A stretch of DNA of 54,099 nucleotides from Candidatus Staskawiczbacteria bacterium (GCA_016866675.1 VGLO01000001.1:1-54099); one strand, 5' to 3'; positions 1 to 10,281 are shown, counted from the stretch's first letter. Translations and numbers: made by a program. The notes: generated by a model from the letters alone, not told the origin.

Positions 1-210
1 AACCACTCCTGCGCTAGCGGCACTTGGAACAACTACAGTATCATAGTCTGAGCCATCTGGACAAGCATTATAGCTAAGACTTGTTGCTGAAGTGACAGCA
101 GAGGCATTAGTTGGCACTGTTAATGGTAATACAACAACGACAAAAGCTAAACAAATTACCGTGAATTTACTTATTAATTTTGAATTTTTACTATACATAT
201 TTTTGTTCAT
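1..210 (-). CDS. Secreted/surface protein, N-terminal part only (runs off the window)
   Basis: Open frame from ATG 210: MNKNMYSKNSKLISKFTVICLAFVVVVLPLTVPTNASA..., signal-peptide-like; not in the ORF track; lies downstream of the sortase. Confidence 0.7.
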   Translation of the reverse strand, partial: MNKNMYSKNSKLISKFTVICLAFVVVVLPLTVPTNASAVTSATSLSYNACPDGSDYDTVVVPSAASAGVV

Positions 211-240
211 TATTACTTATTATCTAATTTAATTATTTGC

Positions 241-269
241 ATTATATCTTATTATGTGTTTTATGTCAA
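241..269 (-). promoter_or_regulatory. Consensus sigma70 promoter
   Basis: TTGACA (269-264), 17 nt, TATAAT (246-241). Confidence 0.75.
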
Positions 270-295
270 TGGGTCAGACTATTTTGTCACTCGTT

Positions 296-985
296 TTACA
301 ATACATCTAGTACTGCCTGAACCACAATTCTCTCATAATTTTTTCCGGGTGGCCAGCATGAAATAAGTGTCAGTATGTTGTCTTTAGGGTCAAATTCCTC
401 AATAGATACCTCGCTTCCCTTCTTAACAATTTCCTTTTTAATAATTGTGTAAGTATACTGTCTATTATTAAAATTTACAATAACCTTATCCCCACTATTT
501 AGATTGTTTAGGTCAGAAAAGACCCAGTCATACTTAATTTTTGGCCAATTTGGAGGCGCTGAATGTCCTAATACAACCACCTGTCCGCTCTGTCCTGGAA
601 GTACTGACCCAGGATATAAAACTGTTCCCTTATCAAGGTCCTTTGTTAGTATTGTATTATCTGTGCTTTGTCCTATTACTATTGGAGCCTCTATGCCAAT
701 TTGGGGCAGTTGAATTGAGTTTGATTTGCCGGTATGTGGAAATTTTTCTGCGTTTGCCAGTCTTGTATTAGCAACAATATTTTTGTTGATGCTATTTAGA
801 TTTTCATCAGCACTTACAAAGATACTGCTTTCTGGATATGGACTAAAGAAGTCGCTGATTAAAACACTCATCTCTCTGTAGTTAAACAACCAAGAGATAT
901 TATTCCAGCTTATAACCAAAACAATCATAATAAATATTATAATATAAGCCTTAATAAGTTGTTTTTGCTTATTATTAATTTTCAT
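296..985 (-). CDS. Sortase family protein
   Basis: N-terminal TM; GHS, TLISC and downstream R give the His/Cys/Arg triad. Confidence 0.9.
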   Translation of the reverse strand: MKINNKQKQLIKAYIIIFIMIVLVISWNNISWLFNYREMSVLISDFFSPYPESSIFVSADENLNSINKNIVANTRLANAEKFPHTGKSNSIQLPQIGIEAPIVIGQSTDNTILTKDLDKGTVLYPGSVLPGQSGQVVVLGHSAPPNWPKIKYDWVFSDLNNLNSGDKVIVNFNNRQYTYTIIKKEIVKKGSEVSIEEFDPKDNILTLISCWPPGKNYERIVVQAVLDVL

Positions 986-990
986 GATTT

Positions 991-2028
991 TTACACAACA
1001 ATTGCATTGTAATTAATTAGATTACTTATTGCTTCATTCCCAAGTATTATAGAAAATACTATAGCGATTATCATAATAATTGATCTTCTTAAAATCAAAG
1101 AGTGATTATTCTTTTGTTTTAATACAATAATAAGGCATCCAGCAATAGTAGTGACCAATAGATATAAGGTGTACTGTAGTATTGTATTGTTGTTATACAC
1201 TAAAATATTAAGAAATCTTAAGTAATAACTGTCTCCTGAATTATTGTTTGGTGCTGAAAATATTGAGTATCGAGTTGTTCTAGATAGCACTAAACCAATT
1301 TTATCTGTATTTGCAATGACATTTTGGGAGTCATCTAATAAATTATTTTCCTCTGCTATTGATTTAATTTCATCAGATTTTTTTACAACTTCGGGTGTAT
1401 CTGTGCTTTTCGGGACTATATTTTTATTGGCTTCAACAACAGACTCGCTGGTTGCTTTTGGCTTTGGACTACCAAAAAGCTGTACAACGAGTATTGCGCT
1501 ATTTTCACCAAAACCCTGTAAAACCGCAGTTCCAATTTCGTTGTAATTTGGATTAAAAAGATTATCTTTATGAGATGGAGAGTCAACCCACGCGTCATAA
1601 ACATTTTTTGAGTCAGTAAAACCAATTGCTAAGTTTTCTCCAGCATATTTGTAGCTATAACCGGCTTTTGCAAACCAAAACCAAGGAGTAATACCACTTG
1701 GGCTCTGGTGAGCAAAATAACCATTTCTAATCATGTCTTGAGCTTTCAAGTGAGCTGCGTTATCTAGTTCATTGTTTTGTGACAATGTATTTAGTCCGAG
1801 TTTTTCTCTATCACTATTTAATAAGTTTAATAACTCAGCCTTTGTAATATCAGCAAAAAATATGTTTCCTGGAAAAGGTATTGAGCTTAAAGTTAAAAGT
1901 ATCCTAATTAGTAGCAAAGCAACAATAATATATAGCAAAAATTTGCTATTCAAAAAACTGGCAATTGTACTACCATTTATATTAAAAATGTTGTTTTTTG
2001 GGCTGTTATAGCCTAAAGAATAGTCCAT
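991..2028 (-). CDS. CAP/SCP domain membrane protein (YkwD-like)
   Basis: KAQDM..YFAH.SP, AGENLA, W.DSPSH..N, EIG motifs; TM segments at both ends. Confidence 0.88.
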   Translation of the reverse strand: MDYSLGYNSPKNNIFNINGSTIASFLNSKFLLYIIVALLLIRILLTLSSIPFPGNIFFADITKAELLNLLNSDREKLGLNTLSQNNELDNAAHLKAQDMIRNGYFAHQSPSGITPWFWFAKAGYSYKYAGENLAIGFTDSKNVYDAWVDSPSHKDNLFNPNYNEIGTAVLQGFGENSAILVVQLFGSPKPKATSESVVEANKNIVPKSTDTPEVVKKSDEIKSIAEENNLLDDSQNVIANTDKIGLVLSRTTRYSIFSAPNNNSGDSYYLRFLNILVYNNNTILQYTLYLLVTTIAGCLIIVLKQKNNHSLILRRSIIMIIAIVFSIILGNEAISNLINYNAIVV

Positions 2029-2041
2029 AATCTAATAACTA

Positions 2042-2070
2042 ATTATATAACTAATTATACAATTTGTCAA
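2042..2070 (-). promoter_or_regulatory. Consensus sigma70 promoter of the CAP-sortase unit
   Basis: TTGACA, 17 nt, TATAAT. Confidence 0.75.
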
Positions 2071-2073
2071 TAC

Positions 2074-2103
2074 AAAAGCCCCGATTTATGTTGGGGCCTT
2101 TTT
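2074..2103. terminator. Intrinsic terminator, probably bidirectional
   Basis: AAAA-GCCCC...GGGGC-CTTTTT. Confidence 0.65.
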
Positions 2104-2124
2104 GTATAGATATACTTAATAATC

Positions 2125-2943
2125 TTACTTGTAATATGCCCTGTCTTTATACTGTAAATAAACATATTCGATTTTTTTTCTTTCTCTTTCCGTTATTTCG
2201 TCTGATAGCAGTGCATTCATTTTTGTTATCTGAGAGTCAATGTCAGATTCTGCATCAAAATAAACAGTCCATCCTTCAAAAGTTTTGACATCTATTGTTT
2301 GTGAAATTATTACATCTCTTACATCAATTCTGAAGTTATTTTTAAGATTTTCTCTAATTTTAGAAACTGAGTTTATTGTTTTTTGCAGAATAGCCTGTTC
2401 ACCCAAAGAAATATCATTCTTGCCTGAAATCCTTAGTATCATTGTATTTTCTGAAATTGATTCTATTTTTTCAAATATTACACCCTCTTCATCAATTGCA
2501 AAACAACTATTATTTTCGTTTTGACAAAATACAGCAAAAGGCGTTCTTTCTTCTATGACTAAATCAACTAGATTTGGTAAAGATTTTTTAATTTTAATAT
2601 TTTTTATTATTGGGAAGGTTGATTTTATTTTTTTAGATAAGCTTTCTTTACTTAAAATAAAAATGCTTTGTGTGTCTATATTTACAATACCTGCACTAAA
2701 AAAGTTTTTGTAAGAATGATTCCACACTATGTTTTCGACGCTTACATTATCAACACTCTTGTATCCTGAAACCTTTATATGAGAGATCTGGAAAAATTTA
2801 GAGAAGAATACTAGGTAAAAGATTGATATTATTACTAAAATCAATAACAACCCAAGCCAAAAAAAGGGCTGATGAGTTATTTTTTTTCGTTTTATATCCT
2901 TTATTTTCGGCTTTATATGATTTTTTCTAAATGACATGCTCAT
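2125..2943 (-). CDS. ftsQ: FtsQ/DivIB-type cell division protein (POTRA domain)
   Basis: Basic N-terminus, single TM, F.I..I.V.G, K.LP..V...IEER.P, C-terminal YVYLQYKDRAYYK. Confidence 0.75.
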   Translation of the reverse strand: MSMSFRKNHIKPKIKDIKRKKITHQPFFWLGLLLILVIISIFYLVFFSKFFQISHIKVSGYKSVDNVSVENIVWNHSYKNFFSAGIVNIDTQSIFILSKESLSKKIKSTFPIIKNIKIKKSLPNLVDLVIEERTPFAVFCQNENNSCFAIDEEGVIFEKIESISENTMILRISGKNDISLGEQAILQKTINSVSKIRENLKNNFRIDVRDVIISQTIDVKTFEGWTVYFDAESDIDSQITKMNALLSDEITERERKKIEYVYLQYKDRAYYK

Positions 2944-3995
2944 AATCCCCTTTTAACTCTTCTAATTGACTCTATTATATAACTAATCCAGTATTTATGG
3001 GAAGTGGGTAAATCCTGAGTTAAAACATATTCATCTTTATATCCACCAAAACCCATTTTAAATAAAGTGGGACCTGAATATGGATGATTTGGGTTTTTTA
3101 CCGGATCTGAGTATCCCCAAAAGTCGTAAATTTTACAACCCTTTCTTTTTGCTTCTTTAATGGCCTCCCACTGCAACAAATATGATGCAGGAATTTTTTT
3201 ATATTCAGGTAAAAGAGCTGCATGGTGGTAAAAAGCCATATTATTCCAAAATATTCCATAAGAAGCTGCAATAACTTTACCTTTATAATTTGCAATAAAA
3301 AGGGCAATTTGTTTATCTGGCTCAAATGCCATAAACTCCTTTCTAAAATATTCTAATGAAAAGGGTACAAAGTTTTGCTTCTTTACCACCTCCAAGTGCA
3401 TTTTGTTAAACTCTTCTACATCTTTAATATCAAAACTTCGTGTAATATGTATATCTTTATTCTTTTCTGCTTGTTTAATTAAGTATCTTGTAGTTTTTCT
3501 CATGCCATTCATTAAATCTTCTTCTGAGGCCTCAATATTGAGCTTCCAAGATGATTCTGGATGTGAATGAAGTGGCCTTAAACTAAATCCAAGACTATTG
3601 AACAATTTGATATTTTCTTCAGTTCTCTCCCAAATTGGACTAATTCTAATAAAATCCACCTTCTCTTCTCTCGCCAATTCCTTTAGTTTAGTTAATAATA
3701 CTTCCAAAACTTTCAATTTTGAATTTTGAGTTTTAAGTTTAAGCGAAACGACTGGTCCATGTGGGACAATTAAATAACTCCCACGCCTTGCGGTATGTTT
3801 AATGGTTAAAGCTACAGCCAACAACTGTCCGTCTTCATATATTCCAAGCCTCCAAATTTTGTTTCCCAAAGATTTTTGAAATTCACCCCAATTCCATGAA
3901 TGCAAAAAACTTTTTCTGTCGCATAACAGCAAAAACTCTTCCCACTGATTTTTACCGTCAAATGACGGATTAATTTCTTTTATTTCCATAAGCAA
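2940..3995 (-). CDS. FemAB/FemX family peptidoglycan bridge aminoacyltransferase
   Basis: FLHSWNWGEF, PHGP, MRKTTRY.I, LLQWEAI..AK..G...YDFWG, FKMGFGG. Confidence 0.9.
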   Translation of the reverse strand: MLMEIKEINPSFDGKNQWEEFLLLCDRKSFLHSWNWGEFQKSLGNKIWRLGIYEDGQLLAVALTIKHTARRGSYLIVPHGPVVSLKLKTQNSKLKVLEVLLTKLKELAREEKVDFIRISPIWERTEENIKLFNSLGFSLRPLHSHPESSWKLNIEASEEDLMNGMRKTTRYLIKQAEKNKDIHITRSFDIKDVEEFNKMHLEVVKKQNFVPFSLEYFRKEFMAFEPDKQIALFIANYKGKVIAASYGIFWNNMAFYHHAALLPEYKKIPASYLLQWEAIKEAKRKGCKIYDFWGYSDPVKNPNHPYSGPTLFKMGFGGYKDEYVLTQDLPTSHKYWISYIIESIRRVKRGL

Positions 3996-4028
3996 ACTTT
4001 ATAAAACTCAATTAAATTATCTAAAAAA

Positions 4029-4248
4029 TTGACAATTAATTCATTTAAACTAGAATTAAATTAGTTTCGTGGTTCGGTAACCGCAGTAAGGTTGGGGTGG
4101 GCTGGCACTCTGTCGAGCTCACAGATGCCAATAATTCACAGGGCTGATCATGTCGCCATATATACAGCGACACTGATGATTGGTGAACAGCTCCAACCAA
4201 GCAAATCTTAGACCATCAGGTACACTGCCCTACTTGATGGCTTTTTTT
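4029..4248 (+). ncRNA. Putative stand-alone structured RNA with own promoter and terminator
   Basis: TTGACA-16-TAGAAT (4029-4056); 5' hairpin; 3-way junction 4090-4198; terminator 4213-4248. Confidence 0.6.
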
Positions 4249-5500
4249 ATAAAAATTTTTTCAAAAAATCTACTATTCTTTTTCCGTCCTCCATTGTTAT
4301 ATTAATGTGAGTTGGTAGATTTAAAGTTTCTTTTGATAATTTTTCTGCGTTTTGACACTCACCCATCTTATACTTCATGTCTTCTAATTTTGTATCTCCT
4401 GGGGCAATTGGAGTTGTATACCAGTCGCCCAATAAGATATTCTCCCTGTGCCATGACTCATAAATTATTTCGTGGGCATTTTTGTGTTTTACAGCAAACC
4501 TTAAAAAGCTTTGATTTTCCTGCATGTTGGGCAACTCAAAACTAGTATTTTGCAATTCCTTGTAGTAAAATTTTGCTAATTTTTTTCTGTGATCGTAAAA
4601 TTTATCTAATTTTCTAAATTGATGCAGGGCCAAAAATGCCAAGGCATTTGGCAAAGCTTTTGGAAAATAATCTGGCTTTAATCCCCTTTTTTCTTTCCAG
4701 CTTACCGCTTTTGATAGTAAATGAGCCCATTGAGAGAAAACTAAAAATATTTTTCCAAGATCTAAAAAGCTATATAAAGGTAAAATAACATAGTGCAAAA
4801 GAATTGGATGCAATAATTGCTGTTTTATCCAAAGTAATCTTGGTTGACCAAACTCTTTTTGCAATTGTTCGATTTTTTTTGCTAATCGATCATCATTGGT
4901 CACTGCAAGCCCCCCATAAATAGAAGAAATTACCTTGTCTCTTGAAAAGCTAAAAAACCCTGCCTTACCAAAAGTTCCTAATTTTTGGTTGTTATGATCA
5001 GCTCCCAAAGCATGGGCACAATCTTCAATAACCGTGATATTATGTTCTTTTGAAATATTCATTATTTCATCCATATTCACTGGTAATCCAAATGTATGTT
5101 GAATTACTAAAACTTTTGAATTTAGACTTATAATTTTTGATTTTAGGCTTTCAATATCAATGTTAAAGTCGTTTCCACAGTCAATAAAAACTGGATTTAG
5201 TTTTGCCCACAAAATTGGATTTGGCACAGCATTGCAGGTAAAGGCCTGAATCATTACGTTATTACCGTCTTCTAATTCAAGAGATTTTAAAATTGCGTAA
5301 AATGCAGACCTTCCTGAATTAAAGGAAAAAGCATACTTTACTCCTAGATGTTTTTTAAATTCACTTTCAAGTTGTTTTACTGCACTACCTCTTTTCCAAT
5401 TCCAAGGTTGAAAAATTAATTTTAATGCCAAAAAAACATCGTCTTTTTGAACATTTGGAGATAAAGATATTGAAATTGGTTGAAAATTTTTGTACTTCAT
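4247..5500 (-). CDS. DegT/DnrJ/EryC1/StrS PLP-dependent aminotransferase
   Basis: SGRSA, QHTFG.P, IEDCAHALG, FSFSRDK (PLP Lys), LNLPTH. Confidence 0.92.
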   Translation of the reverse strand: MKYKNFQPISISLSPNVQKDDVFLALKLIFQPWNWKRGSAVKQLESEFKKHLGVKYAFSFNSGRSAFYAILKSLELEDGNNVMIQAFTCNAVPNPILWAKLNPVFIDCGNDFNIDIESLKSKIISLNSKVLVIQHTFGLPVNMDEIMNISKEHNITVIEDCAHALGADHNNQKLGTFGKAGFFSFSRDKVISSIYGGLAVTNDDRLAKKIEQLQKEFGQPRLLWIKQQLLHPILLHYVILPLYSFLDLGKIFLVFSQWAHLLSKAVSWKEKRGLKPDYFPKALPNALAFLALHQFRKLDKFYDHRKKLAKFYYKELQNTSFELPNMQENQSFLRFAVKHKNAHEIIYESWHRENILLGDWYTTPIAPGDTKLEDMKYKMGECQNAEKLSKETLNLPTHINITMEDGKRIVDFLKKFL

Positions 5501-5544
5501 ATTATAAGAAATATGTGTTGCTCATTACAAATAGGGAGATTTAA

Positions 5545-5814
5545 ATGAGAATTAGAGAGCTTCATAATATTAGCGCTTCAATTCATATGCTAGCAGATCA
5601 TATTGGTCTCAATAAGTGCTTTATTAATGAGTTTAATAATAAATATAATCAATTAATTGAGCAAATCCACCATGACTTTGAAGTGAAAAATAAGTGCAAA
5701 AATGGTCGATCGAATTCATCTAAGAATATTTCCTTATCAATTGAAAGAAAAGTTCGTCTCCTAAAACAATGGGTAATGCACAACTTAGAGTTTAAGGTTA
5801 AATCTCGTCGCTAA
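5545..5814 (+). CDS. Small orphan protein, SD-led cassette
   Basis: Leader TGCTCATTACAA, SD AGGGAG, terminator AAGTCGAA/TTCGACTT-T4 at 5813-5838; promoter unclear. Confidence 0.6.
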   Translation: MRIRELHNISASIHMLADHIGLNKCFINEFNNKYNQLIEQIHHDFEVKNKCKNGRSNSSKNISLSIERKVRLLKQWVMHNLEFKVKSRR

Positions 5815-5836
5815 GTCGAACAAATGTTCGACTTTT

Positions 5837-7456
5837 TTATTTCTTATTTAATAATTTTATTATCTCTATTGGTACTCTACCCTCTAATAAAACCGCATCT
5901 CCTGACTTACAAAAAGTTGTAATTAAATTCAAAATCTCTAAAGGCTTTTCAGATAATACGATATTATTTTCATTCATACCAGATAGTGTTGCAGATTCTT
6001 TTAAAATCTTAAATTTATCTTCTGTGGTAATAATTGCTAGATCACAAACTGTAGCTATTTTTTTGCCGATTTGCCTATGCACTTCTTCTGATTTTTTTCC
6101 TAATTCAATTAAGCAAGGCATCACGATGACTTTTTTACCTCCGAAAATAGATAGATAATCTAAGTCAGCTATAACTCCATCTGGGTTGGATGAATAAGAA
6201 GAGTCAATTATATTAAGTCCGTATGCCCCTTTTTTTAAGATAATGCCGGATTGCTTTTGTAATATTTTTTTTGCAGATTTTGAAATTTCTTCAAAGCTCA
6301 TTCCCAATTCTCTGGCAATCAAAATAGCTCCGAGTAAGTTTTGGATGTTTTGCCTACCAATAGCATTAACATTAAAATGACCCGCTTGTCCACCTTTTTG
6401 AATTGCAATAAAATCTAAAAAATGCTTATCAACGGTTATTTCTTTTGAATAAATATCTGCATCCACCCTACTACTTTCTATGCTATACATTTTTTTATCT
6501 ATGTTTGCCTTTTTAAATAAATCCATACAATACTTATTATCTCCGTTGACTACAAGTAATCCATCTTTTTTAAGACAAAAAAGTAATTCTTGACCACCCT
6601 CAGCTGATAACAAGTTTCCCATAGATTTGAAAGTTGCTAAGTGTTGCTCATTTACACCTGTCACAATGCCAATTTGAGGCTTTACAATGTCACATAGCAA
6701 ATTAATACCCCCTTTCTTGTATGACCCCATCTCAACAATAAAAATATCGTGTTTACCATTAAGCTCATTTAAAATTGTTTGAGATATTCCTATTTCAGAG
6801 TTTTTGTGATCTGGGGTAGCTAAAACATTAAACTTTTCAGACAAAATTGTTTTTAAAAATTCTTTTGTTGAAGTTTTTCCGTATGATCCCGTAATTGCAA
6901 TAACCTTTAACTCACCAAATCTTTTTATTTTTTGCGTTGCTTTTTTTATAGTATTGTTTCTTACTAAAACAAAAAATGGTTGCACTAAAAGCACTATTAC
7001 TGAAGCAAAAAAACCTAGAAAAACATCAAAAATAATTAGGTGCAATGAAAGTTTTTCCAAGGATTCATATTTTATTATGCTAAGGTTAAGGTAAAAAATA
7101 GACAAAACTAATAATATAAAGACAAGCAATATAGTTTTTATGGTTGCAACAGGAATTTTTATTGATTTTTTGGCAAAAAGGTAAACAGTTATAAGTGATT
7201 CTCCAAAATATATTAGTAAAACCGGCCAGAAAGCATCAGAAAACCTAAAAATTAATAAAACCAAAAGAGCAACTTTAAGTAAATATAAATAATTGATAAA
7301 TATTTTTTTACCCTTTTTTGTGCGGAAGTGATCAATGAATCTATCTATGTGGTACTCTTTTAACTGCCACAAATAAACCCAAAAAAGAACATTTCTAAAT
7401 GTTCTGGCAATCCAAAAAATGCCTAAAATTACTATAAGATTAACAAAACTAAGCAT
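5837..7456 (-). CDS. murF: MurF-type Mur ligase with N-terminal membrane domain
   Basis: AITGSYGKTSTKE, N.EIG, VEMG, NGDN, IIDSSYSSNP, IELG. Confidence 0.85.
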   Translation of the reverse strand: MLSFVNLIVILGIFWIARTFRNVLFWVYLWQLKEYHIDRFIDHFRTKKGKKIFINYLYLLKVALLVLLIFRFSDAFWPVLLIYFGESLITVYLFAKKSIKIPVATIKTILLVFILLVLSIFYLNLSIIKYESLEKLSLHLIIFDVFLGFFASVIVLLVQPFFVLVRNNTIKKATQKIKRFGELKVIAITGSYGKTSTKEFLKTILSEKFNVLATPDHKNSEIGISQTILNELNGKHDIFIVEMGSYKKGGINLLCDIVKPQIGIVTGVNEQHLATFKSMGNLLSAEGGQELLFCLKKDGLLVVNGDNKYCMDLFKKANIDKKMYSIESSRVDADIYSKEITVDKHFLDFIAIQKGGQAGHFNVNAIGRQNIQNLLGAILIARELGMSFEEISKSAKKILQKQSGIILKKGAYGLNIIDSSYSSNPDGVIADLDYLSIFGGKKVIVMPCLIELGKKSEEVHRQIGKKIATVCDLAIITTEDKFKILKESATLSGMNENNIVLSEKPLEILNLITTFCKSGDAVLLEGRVPIEIIKLLNKK

Positions 7457-8228
7457 TATTTAATATGTTTTGAGAAAGCTCTTTTGGAAACTTAGTGTTA
7501 AGCGCGTGCTCGGCCCCACTAATTACAAAAAGCTTTGAGTTAAAAATTCTTTTATTTATAAAGGTTGCCTGGTCATACGGAGTTGAAGTGTCTTTATCTC
7601 CCCAAATTATGACAACTGGGACTTTTATAAAACCAATCTTATATGAAAGGTCTTCAAGTATTATTTTAAGGTAGGTTTCCTTCATTATACCGTTTTGGTA
7701 AGTGTAGTCGCTTTTTCTAATTATAAACTTATAAACGGCCTTTCTAAATTGACTATATAGTGGCAAAAAAGAAAAAATCTTAACTGTTTTAGCTATTTTA
7801 TATAAAATCTTTTTAACTCCTGCATTTTTTCTAACAATGGCAGCTGAAACCAAAAATAATTTTTTAACTTTTTGTGCGTATTTTATAGAATATTTTGAAG
7901 CCAAAGCGCCTCCGAAAGAATGTCCAAGAAGCGAAAATTCACTACTAAGCTCAGGTACATTATTTGTAAATTCTAGCAACCATTCAACATAGTTGTCTAG
8001 ACACCACGCTTCTTTGGGAACATCACTCTTTCCAAATCCTGGTATATCAGGTACTACAACTGTAAACTTTGAAAACAACTCATCTGAAACTTGTTGCCAT
8101 CTGTCTGAGTTTGAGCCCCAACCATGCAAAATAAGCATTGACTCACTTATTTGCCCGCCTACCCTTGAACCATCAAAAACTTTATAATTTGTTTTTAGGC
8201 CTTTTATTATTATTTCTTTTTCCGTCAT
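7449..8228 (-). CDS. Alpha/beta hydrolase
   Basis: LHGWG, DIPGFG.S, GHSFGG nucleophile elbow, WG.KD, C-terminal His. Confidence 0.9.
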   Translation of the reverse strand: MTEKEIIIKGLKTNYKVFDGSRVGGQISESMLILHGWGSNSDRWQQVSDELFSKFTVVVPDIPGFGKSDVPKEAWCLDNYVEWLLEFTNNVPELSSEFSLLGHSFGGALASKYSIKYAQKVKKLFLVSAAIVRKNAGVKKILYKIAKTVKIFSFLPLYSQFRKAVYKFIIRKSDYTYQNGIMKETYLKIILEDLSYKIGFIKVPVVIIWGDKDTSTPYDQATFINKRIFNSKLFVISGAEHALNTKFPKELSQNILNNA

Positions 8229-8317
8229 TTGATTTTACATAGCAAAGCAAGGAAAATCACTTCGTAATGAAAGCCATATATATAATACATTGTGGCTTGA
8301 AATTACCAAGAACTTTA
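8229..8317. repeat. About 90-nt two-hairpin intergenic element, copy 1
   Basis: TGATTTTA-N5-CAAAGCAAG-GAAAATCA plus a second hairpin; same layout at 15954-16043. Confidence 0.45.
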
Positions 8318-9547
8318 TCACTTCTTCTTAATTACTTTAAATCCGGTGTATTTTTGAAGAACCTTTGGAACCTTAACACTACCATCTTTTTGTTGATAGT
8401 TTTCTAAAATAGCCACTATAATTCTTCCCATCGCAAACGCCGTGCCATTTAAGGTGTGTATAAATTTTAGACTATTATCATTTTCTTTGTACCTAATCTC
8501 TAACCCGCGAGATTGATAGTCGGTACAATTAGATGTTGAATGAGTTTCACGATATCTACTTTGTCCTGGCATCCAAGCTTCAATGTCATATTTTTTGGCA
8601 GCTGGCTTCCCTAAATCTCCCGTACAAATATTAATTACCTGATACGGAATATCCAAAGCTTTCATCAATTCCTCCTCAATAGATAATAATTCTTTGTGGT
8701 ATTTTTCTGACTCTTCTGGTTTGCAGAAAATAAACATTTCCATTTTATCGAACTGATGAACTCTAAAAATTCCTTTTGTATCCTTACCATAACTTCCAGA
8801 TTCACGCCTAAAGCATGTTGAAAAAGCAACATATTTCTTGGCTTTTTTTAAATCTAGAATTTCTTTTGAGTGCATTGCGCCTAGTGATTGCTCTGATGTA
8901 GCAGTCAAATATAATTCATCGCGCTCTAAATAATAGGCTTCCTCATCTGGATGATTTTCAATATAGCCCATAGCTTCAGATTCAGCGGGTTTAATCATAA
9001 CAGGTGGAATTACCGGCACAAATCCTTTTTTAGCCAATAACGAGAAAGTAAAATTAATAAGTGCTGTTTCTAGTATGACAGCCTCATTTTTTAAAAAATA
9101 AAAACGGCTACCAGATATTTTTGCTGCTCTTTCCAAGTCAATAATATCTAATTCTTCACCCAATAAAAAGTGTTCTTTTGGAGTAAAACCAAATTTTGGT
9201 AATTTACCCACCTGCCTTAAAACAATATTTTCGGCATCATCTTTTCCAACTAACACATCATCAAATGGAATATTTGGTATTCTACGATGTAAATTATGAC
9301 GTTTTTTATCGGTATCACTAAAACTCTCTTCTAATCCTTTTAATTTTTCTTTCAATTCCCTACCCTTTTCAATGTCGGCTTTCCCTAATTTATTTTTTTC
9401 AGATCTCAAGCCATCAATTTCTTGCTGAAGGACTCTTAATTCTTTATCCAAATTCAAAAAAGCATCAATATCAACAGTTATGCCTTTATCTGAACTAGCT
9501 TTTTTTACTTTTTCTGGATTTTCTCGTATGAACTTAATATCTAGCAT
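8318..9547 (-). CDS. serS: Serine--tRNA ligase
   Basis: MLDIKFIREN, SGSRF, TSEQ, FRRESG, RVHQFDK.E, TLNGT. Confidence 0.98.
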   Translation of the reverse strand: MLDIKFIRENPEKVKKASSDKGITVDIDAFLNLDKELRVLQQEIDGLRSEKNKLGKADIEKGRELKEKLKGLEESFSDTDKKRHNLHRRIPNIPFDDVLVGKDDAENIVLRQVGKLPKFGFTPKEHFLLGEELDIIDLERAAKISGSRFYFLKNEAVILETALINFTFSLLAKKGFVPVIPPVMIKPAESEAMGYIENHPDEEAYYLERDELYLTATSEQSLGAMHSKEILDLKKAKKYVAFSTCFRRESGSYGKDTKGIFRVHQFDKMEMFIFCKPEESEKYHKELLSIEEELMKALDIPYQVINICTGDLGKPAAKKYDIEAWMPGQSRYRETHSTSNCTDYQSRGLEIRYKENDNSLKFIHTLNGTAFAMGRIIVAILENYQQKDGSVKVPKVLQKYTGFKVIKKK

Positions 9548-9549
9548 AA

Positions 9550-9954
9550 TTACTTATTTAATAACGATGACTTATATTTTTCTGGCTCAAAAGATTTAAG
9601 TCTAATTATTTTTATATCCAATCCCATTGCCTTAATTTCTTCCTCTAGTTTTTCTGTAAAATGTGTTTGATCATATCCAAGGCAAATAACATCTGGCATT
9701 ATTTCTTTTATAATTTTGTAAACCGGCACGCCTTCATTTCCCAGTCTAGCAAAATCAACATATTTGGTCTCTTGAATCACTTCAAGTCTTTGGTTTTCAT
9801 TAAACTTTGGCAATTTTTTCTTTATTCTTTCTACAGTTGAATCTCTGCCAACAACAACAACTAAGTATTCACCTTGCTCTTTTGCTTGACGCAAAAAATC
9901 TTTATGTCCTTCGTGCAATCCATCAAATGTCCCAAATACTAAAACTTTTATCAT
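9550..9954 (-). CDS. Cytidylyltransferase-family protein (RibL-like FAD synthase)
   Basis: GTFDGLHEGH (HxGH), LGYDQ, KYKSS; start taken at ATG 9954. Confidence 0.8.
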   Translation of the reverse strand: MIKVLVFGTFDGLHEGHKDFLRQAKEQGEYLVVVVGRDSTVERIKKKLPKFNENQRLEVIQETKYVDFARLGNEGVPVYKIIKEIMPDVICLGYDQTHFTEKLEEEIKAMGLDIKIIRLKSFEPEKYKSSLLNK

Positions 9955-10281
9955 ATATTTTTTGATCTTCCGCAATTTCTTTGATTGATAATATCCTCTT
10001 TTGCTAAAAACTCTTTTTCTATATCTAATCCAAGCTTGATTCCCACAGCAAACACCATATTAATAACACCTGTGATCTCCTCCCCGGTTTTACTAATAAT
10101 TTCTCTGTCTTTATCGGTGTACATTCCACTTACTTTTCTACATGCTTTTGCCAACTCCCCTATCTCTTCAGTTAGCATTAAAAGTCTTTCGTGAAGAGAC
10201 TCATCTTCAAACCCTCTTTCTTTTATTCTAAAGTGGATATATTCTTGAAGATTTTTAATTGAATCTTTTTTTTAATTCCAT
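9951..10281 (-). pseudogene. MazG-like nucleotide pyrophosphohydrolase, frameshifted in an A8 run
   Basis: LTEEIGELAKA and GEEI motifs; ATG 10281 joins the main frame only if A8 (10266-10273) is A7 or A10. Confidence 0.7.
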
